Part shown: one piece after another, positions 7,563 to 14,337 of the stretch | How the letters are laid out: every line of letters begins with the position of its first letter | How positions within the stretch are numbered: position 1 is the first letter of the stretch | Source: a virus | DNA: 35,917 nucleotides | Direction: 5' to 3' (one strand) | IMG/VR virus record: IMGVR_UViG_2651869533_000014 | Span: 1 to 35,917 of that record | The notes under the pieces: generated by a model | Told to the model about the DNA's origin: nothing | The model's input: only the letters and a program-made list of their open reading frames with translations | The model's database searches: none | Position numbers and translations under genes: made by a program

Positions 7563-7829
7563 ATGAAAATAATTCTTAAAAACAAACTAAGCTCTAAAAA
7601 CTCCCTTATGCAGAAGCCTGGATATTCAAAGGCTAATTCAGAAGCCGATACTATAGAAAAGAATACCTATCCTAAGGGCTATAGGAAGCTTAAGCGTGAC
7701 GAAAAGACCCTAAAGAATGGCGAGGTAATGGGTAAGATTAAAAAAGGCGCTGTGGAAGTTGAGAGGCGCTTTAAAGCAAATAAAAACGAAATAGCCTTGC
7801 ACGATGAAATTGAAAAGAAGAAAATGTGA
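7563..7829 (+). CDS. hypothetical basic protein, 88 aa
   Basis: First ORF after the terminator. Lys-rich. Confidence 0.5.
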   Translation: MKIILKNKLSSKNSLMQKPGYSKANSEADTIEKNTYPKGYRKLKRDEKTLKNGEVMGKIKKGAVEVERRFKANKNEIALHDEIEKKKM

Positions 7830-7870
7830 ATTAAAAGCAGATAGATTAACGATTAATAGGATTTTATCGT

Positions 7871-8284
7871 ATGCCTAAATTTAGCCCGGAATCTTTTTCA
7901 AAGCTATCGACTTGTCATCTTGATTTGCAAGCATTGTTTTTTGAGGTTATTAAATACTTTGATTGCCAAGTTCTAGACGGCTATAGGAACCAGCAGGAGC
8001 AAGAAGATGCTTACAATGCAGGAAATACTAGTTTGCATTTTCCTAATGGTAAGCATAATAGCTTGCCTTCCATGGCCGTAGATGTCGCACCCTATCCGGT
8101 TGTATTTGCCAATACTCAGAGAGCTTATTGGTTTGCGGGCTTTGTTATGGGCTTGGCTGTCAAGCTTAAGGATGAAGGCAAAATGACTCATTCCCTTCGA
8201 TGGGGTGGCTCTTGGGACGGCTTAGGTAGATTTGACACTCCAGCTGAGCTTAAGGATTTAGACCATTTTGAGTTATTGCTATAA
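7871..8284 (+). CDS. endolysin, peptidase M15 family (L-alanyl-D-glutamate / VanY-like peptidase)
   Basis: GYRNQQEQEDAY, NGKHNSLPSMAVDVAP and LRWGGSWD...DLDHFEL match the H..D..H zinc-ligand layout of M15 phage endolysins. Confidence 0.8.
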   Translation: MPKFSPESFSKLSTCHLDLQALFFEVIKYFDCQVLDGYRNQQEQEDAYNAGNTSLHFPNGKHNSLPSMAVDVAPYPVVFANTQRAYWFAGFVMGLAVKLKDEGKMTHSLRWGGSWDGLGRFDTPAELKDLDHFELLL

Positions 8285-8502
8285 TGGGCAAATGGTTGGA
8301 GTTTTTAAAGAGCAATCCGAATCTAGTTTTGGTCTTCCCGACAATTTTATGTTTTGCTCAGTTTGTCTATGAGGTGATTGAAATAATAGAAACTGGTAAA
8401 CTAGACGTTGATGATTTAAACAACCTCGCATCATCAGCTAACGGCTTTGAAACCGTTATATTATTTTTTACAATGATTGTGTTGAAAAACAAAAAAAAAT
8501 AA
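8284..8502 (+). CDS. holin-like small membrane protein, 72 aa
   Basis: ATG overlaps the endolysin stop. Two hydrophobic segments (LVLVFPTILCFAQFVY and TVILFFTMIVL) and a basic tail (KNKKK). Confidence 0.45.
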   Translation: MGKWLEFLKSNPNLVLVFPTILCFAQFVYEVIEIIETGKLDVDDLNNLASSANGFETVILFFTMIVLKNKKK

Positions 8503-8541
8503 GATACTTTTGCAATAAATCACACTAAAGGATTAGTGTTT

Positions 8542-8952
8542 ATGGACGATAAGCCCAAAAACCCAGGCGGACAGCCTACCAAATTTAACGCTAAGCGATG
8601 CGCCGACATAATCGATGCCATCTATCACCGAATCCCCTACGAATATGCAGCCATGGCTAATGGCATTTCTGAGAAAACTTTATACAATTGGTTTGATATT
8701 GCCTTTGAGCATTTAGAGGCCGGAATTGACTCAGATTATACTAAGTTCTTACAGGATGTAAAAAAAGCTGAGATGCAACGCATTCGCGAACACAATGAAA
8801 TGATAGCTGCAAAGCCCGATAGATGGCAGGCCGATGCCTGGATTTTAGAGCGAAGATGGCATAAGCATTATAGCTCTAATACGCAACTTGTTAATCTTAA
8901 TTACAAACTCGATAGACTAATAGAAGGCGAAGCTAAAAATGAAGAAAAGTAA
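8542..8952 (+). CDS. terS: terminase small subunit (HTH type)
   Basis: N-terminal GGQPTKFNAKRCADIIDAI....YAAMANGISEKTLYNW is typical of HTH small terminases. AAAGGA lies 9 nt upstream of the ATG at 8542. Confidence 0.6.
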   Translation: MDDKPKNPGGQPTKFNAKRCADIIDAIYHRIPYEYAAMANGISEKTLYNWFDIAFEHLEAGIDSDYTKFLQDVKKAEMQRIREHNEMIAAKPDRWQADAWILERRWHKHYSSNTQLVNLNYKLDRLIEGEAKNEEK

Positions 8953-9067
8953 AGCGCCCATGAAGAAAGAGGAAGGCCCTCACTTTAAGCATGAAAAGCA
9001 TTTACATGAAAAGCCCAAGGCTATGAAGACACCGACTAAAAAGAAAGACCCATACTAAGGAGCAATA

Positions 9068-9238
9068 ATGACTGCTACATACCAATCACCAAAACCAGAC
9101 GGCTACTTATCAACTCGCAACAATGTGTTTCGCGACAGACAAGTAAAGCAAGTTGTTCGCACATTCGATGAGCAAGGAGCTTGCCGCAATTTGCCTGAGC
9201 AATCCAAAGCTAACTATGAGATGAAGCCATTTAAATGA
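9068..9238 (+). CDS. hypothetical protein, 56 aa
   Basis: Hand-translated. TAAGGAG lies upstream of the ATG at 9068, and the stop overlaps the next start (ATGA). Confidence 0.45.
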   Translation: MTATYQSPKPDGYLSTRNNVFRDRQVKQVVRTFDEQGACRNLPEQSKANYEMKPFK

Positions 9239-9450
9239 GCCTTAGAAGAGATGCGCTTATGTGGGCTCACATGGCTGATGAAGCCAGGAAGAAAGCTCCT
9301 ACGGACAATCATAAGGACGCGGTCTTGCAGGTTGCGGATTTGTGCGACCATATAAGCGCCTCAATGGAAAGAATCATCGATATAATGCATGCTACATGCC
9401 CTTGTAACTGCGATAAATGCATAGTGGATACTCCTAATATTTTACAATAA
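9235..9450 (+). CDS. hypothetical protein, 71 aa, C-terminal Cys cluster (CPCNCDKC)
   Basis: ORF from the track, translationally coupled to its neighbours. Confidence 0.5.
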   Translation: MSLRRDALMWAHMADEARKKAPTDNHKDAVLQVADLCDHISASMERIIDIMHATCPCNCDKCIVDTPNILQ

Positions 9451-9459
9451 GGACAAAGC

Positions 9460-9633
9460 ATGTTGACATTGGAAGTCATTCAAAAGCGGCGTGATGAATT
9501 GTCAGCCTCTCTAGTCTTAAGCGAGACGGATTTAGATTTACTTAAAGACCGAGCTCGTGACTTAAAGAAAGAAATCTCAAATACCAAAGGCGCTATCATG
9601 GAGATAGACCGCATTATCGAAGCCCATTATTAA
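9460..9633 (+). CDS. hypothetical coiled-coil protein, 57 aa
   Basis: Hand-translated: MLTLEVIQKRRDELSASL...IDRIIEAHY. It fills the gap between listed ORFs. Confidence 0.45.
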   Translation: MLTLEVIQKRRDELSASLVLSETDLDLLKDRARDLKKEISNTKGAIMEIDRIIEAHY

Positions 9634-9641
9634 GGACTTAA

Positions 9642-9869
9642 ATGAAATTCAACACGGAAGTATGGCTTAAATATCGAGCCAAGGCTAATGACATAGGCTC
9701 GATAATCTCATCTTACAAGAACATAAATACAGGCTTATTTGAAGGCATTGGACGTACTGACTTAACTAATCTCATTGATGCAGTTACCGAAGTGCTAAAG
9801 ATGTCAGATGACTATTTAACTTCATGTTATATGATGCCAAAAAGGAGGGGAAAACATGCCGCTTATTAA
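9642..9869 (+). CDS. hypothetical protein, 75 aa
   Basis: ORF from the track. Confidence 0.5.
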   Translation: MKFNTEVWLKYRAKANDIGSIISSYKNINTGLFEGIGRTDLTNLIDAVTEVLKMSDDYLTSCYMMPKRRGKHAAY

Positions 9870-10011
9870 AGGAGCTAAACCCGGGAGTAAAGGGTTCGGT
9901 GCTAACATAGCTGCCGAAGAAAAGGCTGGCAAACCGAGGAAACAAAGTATAGCTATAGCATTTTCAGAAGCTGATGAGAAAAAGAAGAAAAAGAAAAAGG
10001 TTAAGAAATAA
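9856..10011 (+). CDS. small basic protein, 51 aa, with a KQSIAIAFSEA motif
   Basis: Strong SD (AAGGAGGGG) 5 nt upstream of the ATG at 9856. The motif resembles a small conserved family with KQAIAIALSEA (I believe DUF6496, from memory). Ends TAATG into the next gene. Confidence 0.5.
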   Translation: MPLIKGAKPGSKGFGANIAAEEKAGKPRKQSIAIAFSEADEKKKKKKKVKK

Positions 10012-10196
10012 TGACCGATGAACAATGTGATGGGCTTGTTGGTTCTATAAATAAATTAACTATGGCTATTCATGAAGTCGGTTCAAAGCTTGAGAAAGCT
10101 ATTGATAATATTTATTTTCCCACACTTACTGATGGCATAGAAAAGCAACTTAATATCATAGCTCAAGTAATAGAAGAATCGAGCTGTGGAAGCTAA
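10011..10196 (+). CDS. hypothetical protein, 61 aa
   Basis: ORF from the track. Confidence 0.5.
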   Translation: MTDEQCDGLVGSINKLTMAIHEVGSKLEKAIDNIYFPTLTDGIEKQLNIIAQVIEESSCGS

Positions 10197-10205
10197 AAGG
10201 AATTG

Positions 10206-10424
10206 ATGATGGCTAAACTAACAACTGCTAAACGCAAGAAAATACCTAAAGGCGAATTTGCTTTACCGGAATCTAGGAAATATCCGGTTGATACTAAAGC
10301 AAGAGCCGCTAATGCTAAAGCGCGCGCATCTGAGATGGAGCATAAAGGCAAACTTTCTAAATCTAGCGAAGAAAAGATAGACGCAAAAGCTGATAGGGTC
10401 TTAGTCATATCTAAAAAGAAATAG
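10206..10424 (+). CDS. hypothetical basic protein, about 72 aa (KRKKIPKGEFALPESRKYPV..KARAANAKARAS)
   Basis: AAGGA upstream. The motif resembles a small conserved family of unknown function. Confidence 0.5.
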   Translation: MMAKLTTAKRKKIPKGEFALPESRKYPVDTKARAANAKARASEMEHKGKLSKSSEEKIDAKADRVLVISKKK

Positions 10425-10432
10425 GGACTAAA

Positions 10433-10618
10433 ATGCCAACCATTCAAAACAAATGGATTCAAAAGGAACGAAAAAAGCGTGAGGCTGAAACTGCTGCCGC
10501 TTACGCAAGTGATAAATCAGATAGCTATTCTATTGTTAGCCTTAAGAAGCCTGTTAAAAGATTTAGCCTGCCTTCTTATACAACTATGGCTCGAACTTTA
10601 AGAGGAGTTCGAAAATAG
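10433..10618 (+). CDS. hypothetical basic protein, 61 aa
   Basis: ORF from the track. Confidence 0.45.
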   Translation: MPTIQNKWIQKERKKREAETAAAYASDKSDSYSIVSLKKPVKRFSLPSYTTMARTLRGVRK

Positions 10619-10807
10619 ATGCAATGTAAATCTTGTGGCTATCCTAATTCGCATGTAGTAGACACGAAGAGGAACGAAAGAACTAATCAAATTATACGAA
10701 GGCGCGAATGTATAAAGTGTGGCGTTCGCTACAATACTCAAGAACAAGTAAAAGAAGCAGAGCCTAATTTTAAGACATCTCCTCCAAGGAGCATCTTAGA
10801 GAAATGA
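10619..10807 (+). CDS. stand-alone NrdR-type zinc-ribbon protein, 62 aa (no ATP-cone)
   Basis: MQCKSCGYPNSHVVDTKRNERTNQIIRRRECIKCGVRYNTQEQV follows the NrdR N-terminal pattern M.C..C.....V.D(S/T)(R/K)......IRRRR.C..C..R(F/Y).T.E. Confidence 0.6.
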   Translation: MQCKSCGYPNSHVVDTKRNERTNQIIRRRECIKCGVRYNTQEQVKEAEPNFKTSPPRSILEK

Positions 10808-12360
10808 GAACAGCATCTGAGATAGCTAGAAAGATTAAAGAAATAGAATACGCAAGACAAAAGGGAGTCGAGCGTCAGGTAACGATTAATGAACCAGGGA
10901 TGATTATACATGCTAAAGACCAAGATAAAATCTATATTCCAACTCAGACTGGTAATATTGCTCATCTCGATGACAGCTTTGTGCGCGTCATTATGGGCCC
11001 TTATGGCAGTGGTAAATCTACCTGGGCAGTTACAGAAATCGTTAGACGTGCTTGCGCTGTGCCAGTGTGGCATTCAGGAAGAAGACGAAGCCGATGGGGA
11101 ATTGTTAGAAATACCTCAGGTGAGCTCTCAACAACAACTTTAGCAACCTGGCTGGCATGGTTTGAAGACCTAGGCGATGTTAGAAAGCGCCAAAAGCCAA
11201 TAATGACCTATGAGCATACATTTAACGATGGCAAAGGCGTGGTCGAGTTAGAGTTACTATTTATAGCCCTAGACAGACCAGAGGATGTCAGAAAGATTAA
11301 GTCCCTGGAACTTACGGGCTGCTATATCAATGAGCTATCAGAAGTTCCTAAGGCGGCTCTTGCTCACATGAAGGGTCGCGTTAATCGCTATCCATCTAAA
11401 GCATTTTGCCAAGAGCCATATTGGTCAGGCATTATCGCAGATACCAACCCACCTGAAGATGACCACTGGATATATAAGGATTTTGAAGAGCAGCAGTTCG
11501 CGCATCATAAGCTATTTAAACAGCCGCCTGGACTTATAAAAGATGCTAATAATAAATGGGTACGTAACGTTAATGCTGATAACGCTAGTCACTTGCCTGG
11601 CAATTATTACGAAATGTTGGCAGAAGGACAGTCTCAAGAATTTATTAAGGTATTTTGTCTTGGTGAGTATGGTTCTGTTGGCTTTGGTAAGCGAGTTTAT
11701 CCTGAATTTAATCCTGATGTTCACGCAGTGGACTCAATATCTGCTATCCAGGGTCTCGAACTACGCATTAGTTGGGATTTTGGTCTTACTCCTGCTTGCG
11801 TGGTTAAGCAATTGTCTCCTCGTGGACAGCTTTTAATCCTTAAAGAATATGTTGCTGATGGAATGGGTATTAGAAGTTTTGCTGAATCTATAGTGTTGCC
11901 ATCCATTATGAAAGACTTTCCTTATTGCAAGATTGGAACATCAGTCGGTGACCCTGCGGGCAATAGTCGAAGTGAAATAATAGAAGAGATGTCATGTATT
12001 GGTGAGCTTAACTCTTTAGGCATTCCAACAATAGGCGCTAGAACTAATGATTTAGATCCACGTATTGGCTCCGTTAAATACTTCTTAAATAAGATGGTTG
12101 ATGGAAAGCCCGGGCTTTTGCTCGATAGAAAGAATTGCCCGGTATTATTTAAAGGCTTTGTTAAAGATTATGTATATGCACGAGTGGCAGTTTCAGGCGA
12201 GGAAAGATACAAGGACAAGCCTAATAAGAATATGTCATCACACCCAATGGATGCCCTAGGTTATGACTGCCTTGAGATAGCTAGTGATAGTATTACGCAA
12301 TATAAGATGGAAGATAAGAAAGTTGTAGATATGTTTAATCCCGTAATGAGAATATTTTAG
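10804..12360 (+). CDS. terL: terminase large subunit
   Basis: 518 aa with Walker A (MGPYGSGKST) and a Walker-B-like LTGCYINELSE. The C-terminal nuclease-like region has conserved acidic residues. Upstream of the portal gene. Confidence 0.9.
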   Translation: MRTASEIARKIKEIEYARQKGVERQVTINEPGMIIHAKDQDKIYIPTQTGNIAHLDDSFVRVIMGPYGSGKSTWAVTEIVRRACAVPVWHSGRRRSRWGIVRNTSGELSTTTLATWLAWFEDLGDVRKRQKPIMTYEHTFNDGKGVVELELLFIALDRPEDVRKIKSLELTGCYINELSEVPKAALAHMKGRVNRYPSKAFCQEPYWSGIIADTNPPEDDHWIYKDFEEQQFAHHKLFKQPPGLIKDANNKWVRNVNADNASHLPGNYYEMLAEGQSQEFIKVFCLGEYGSVGFGKRVYPEFNPDVHAVDSISAIQGLELRISWDFGLTPACVVKQLSPRGQLLILKEYVADGMGIRSFAESIVLPSIMKDFPYCKIGTSVGDPAGNSRSEIIEEMSCIGELNSLGIPTIGARTNDLDPRIGSVKYFLNKMVDGKPGLLLDRKNCPVLFKGFVKDYVYARVAVSGEERYKDKPNKNMSSHPMDALGYDCLEIASDSITQYKMEDKKVVDMFNPVMRIF

Positions 12361-12644
12361 TGAGCGACGATATATTGCCTTATCAAGAGTTGAGTCGTTT
12401 TGACATTATGTTTGGGCTGCGTGAAGAGCCAAATTATTTTAAAAAATTATGTGAGACATTAAACAAGGAAAAGGAAATGGATGTGAAAATAACAATTTAT
12501 AACGATGAAAACCAAGAGGCTATCATTGTAACAAATGGGCCTGAAGAAGGAATGGTTAATATTAAACTTATTGATGATGTCGATATTGTTACTGTATTTA
12601 TTGATGACTTAAAACTTGCCTTGAAAAAATTAACTGCTAAATAA
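12360..12644 (+). CDS. hypothetical acidic protein, 94 aa (GTG start overlapping the terL stop)
   Basis: ORF from the track. Confidence 0.5.
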   Translation: MSDDILPYQELSRFDIMFGLREEPNYFKKLCETLNKEKEMDVKITIYNDENQEAIIVTNGPEEGMVNIKLIDDVDIVTVFIDDLKLALKKLTAK

Positions 12645-12655
12645 GGATATTGTAG

Positions 12656-12934
12656 ATGTTTAAAGTGGTTAGAGAAAATAGTCCAAATAAGATGCGAGAT
12701 ATAGACATTACATTGGCTTACCACAACACAGGAAAAACATTGGAAGAGGTTGCAGATAGATTTTTTCTTTCGCATGAAACTGTTAGGAAAATTCACAATA
12801 GACACGTAACAAATATATTAAGACAGCTTGATAAATATACAGGCATTGAAGAAATGTATGGCTATCACACAGATGAAACCAGGAAATATTTGCAACAGTA
12901 CAAGGATTTTCTAATTGACGAAGGGATTGATTGA
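12656..12934 (+). CDS. small HTH protein (sigma-70 region-4 / LuxR-like helix-turn-helix)
   Basis: GKTLEEVADRFFLSHETVRKIHNRHVTNILRQL resembles region-4 type HTHs. Confidence 0.5.
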   Translation: MFKVVRENSPNKMRDIDITLAYHNTGKTLEEVADRFFLSHETVRKIHNRHVTNILRQLDKYTGIEEMYGYHTDETRKYLQQYKDFLIDEGID

Positions 12935-12937
12935 AAC

Positions 12938-13510
12938 ATGTTTTTAAGGCCACACACCTGGGTAGATGTTCCCTATACAGTTACTGAGCGAAGACGAGTA
13001 TTAAATGTCAGAGAATCTAAACATACCGCTATGGTATGGGATAAAAAATATTACAATATTGATACTGGCAAATATGATACTGATAAACTTCATACAATTA
13101 ATAGTTGCTTATTATCTGATATGATTGATAGCGAAGATGATGGCTCCTATTATTGCTTCAATGCAATAAAACTTAATTCAGTGACAAAAGAATTTACCGA
13201 AACATTAGATGAAGCACATGCCAAGGCTTTAAAGAAAGATGAAGAAATTAGACAAAAGAAAATCTTGAAAGAATTAGAAGAGCAAGAGCAAATAGAGCTT
13301 GAGAGGCAAAGAGAAGAGCGTATAGCCTTACGATGTCTAATAGCTGAAGAAAGAAGAAAATTAGCTATAAGAGAACGCGCATTAAAGAAGAAAATAAAAG
13401 AAAAAGCCGAGCTAAGAACAGAACAAGTATCGCGCCAACCAATGATTTATATAGGAGGCCCAAACCATGGCAAGCCTTATGGTTGCATTATAACTAAACA
13501 ATGGAAATAA
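12938..13510 (+). CDS. hypothetical protein with a Lys/Glu/Arg-rich coiled coil, 190 aa
   Basis: ORF from the track. A long charged helix at about aa 95-165. Confidence 0.55.
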   Translation: MFLRPHTWVDVPYTVTERRRVLNVRESKHTAMVWDKKYYNIDTGKYDTDKLHTINSCLLSDMIDSEDDGSYYCFNAIKLNSVTKEFTETLDEAHAKALKKDEEIRQKKILKELEEQEQIELERQREERIALRCLIAEERRKLAIRERALKKKIKEKAELRTEQVSRQPMIYIGGPNHGKPYGCIITKQWK

Positions 13511-13518
13511 TAATAACA

Positions 13519-13665
13519 ATGAATGGTAATTGTATATATTGTAAAAAAACATCAAATGGATTAGTTGATAAGGCATGTGAGACTTGTAGCAAACAATTCA
13601 AGGATATTGTTGATAAAGTCTGTAAGCGTTATGCTGTACCGATAAAAAGACTTGCTGATAGATAA
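13519..13665 (+). CDS. small CxxC...CxxC protein, 48 aa
   Basis: Hand-translated: MNGNCIYCKKTSNGLVDKACETCSKQFKDIVDKVCKRYAVPIKRLADR. Confidence 0.4.
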   Translation: MNGNCIYCKKTSNGLVDKACETCSKQFKDIVDKVCKRYAVPIKRLADR

Positions 13666-13690
13666 AAATTTAATTAAATGGAGATTAATA

Positions 13691-13951
13691 ATGACAAGCC
13701 AAGCCGCAGTAACACTAAAACTTCACTTTGCCAGTGATAACAATAATGTAATTCCTCGCATTGGAAGGCTTTATGCGCCAAATAATACTCTTGCTCAAGT
13801 AGCAACTGCAGGTTATCTAGATGCTTATTTACAAGCAAATGGCAATGACTTATTGGCAACTGACTTTGTAGCTGCGGTCGCCTCCGATGGCCATCAGTGG
13901 TATAAGCCGGTATTTACTAGTGGCTCTTGCACATTGACCCTGCTGCCATAA
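13691..13951 (+). CDS. hypothetical protein, 86 aa
   Basis: GGAG lies upstream of the ATG at 13691, inside the listed TTG-start ORF 13652..13951. Confidence 0.5.
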   Translation: MTSQAAVTLKLHFASDNNNVIPRIGRLYAPNNTLAQVATAGYLDAYLQANGNDLLATDFVAAVASDGHQWYKPVFTSGSCTLTLLP

Positions 13952-13986
13952 AAGGATTTTTTGTAAACTAACAAGGAGTGTTAAAG

Positions 13987-14226
13987 ATGTTTTTTCAAGA
14001 AGCGTTGCAATTATTACAAAATGGCGAAGATTTATGTCGCGAGGCTTGGACTTTAGAAGATGGGTACGTAAAGCTAATGCAAGGCATGAAGCACGTCTGG
14101 AAAGTTGTTGTTCACCCCACGCCTAATGCCGGTAATTATATATTCTCTTTAGAAGACCTTATAGCCAATGATTGGAAAAAGTTTGAAGCTCCAAAAAATG
14201 TTATAGAGCCTGCAAAAGCTGCATAG
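13987..14226 (+). CDS. DUF2829-like protein (the family that includes the anti-Thoeris sponge Tad2)
   Basis: AAGGAG 7 nt upstream of the ATG. N-terminal F.EAL..L..G....R..W and C-terminal LEDLIANDW match DUF2829 hallmarks as I recall them. Confidence 0.55.
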   Translation: MFFQEALQLLQNGEDLCREAWTLEDGYVKLMQGMKHVWKVVVHPTPNAGNYIFSLEDLIANDWKKFEAPKNVIEPAKAA

Positions 14227-14255
14227 AAGCAAAGATTACGATGCACTTCAGTAAT

Positions 14256-14300
14256 TCACTAAAACGTACCTTACCGGCAAGTTTGAATACGTTTTAGTGA
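14256..14300. repeat. perfect 13-bp inverted repeat (hairpin) upstream of the portal gene
   Basis: TCACTAAAACGTA (14256..14268) and TACGTTTTAGTGA (14288..14300) with a 19-nt loop. No T-run follows. Confidence 0.8.
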
Positions 14301-14337
14301 GTGGGTCGTATTAAAGGATTAATTTATTACCTCAAGG

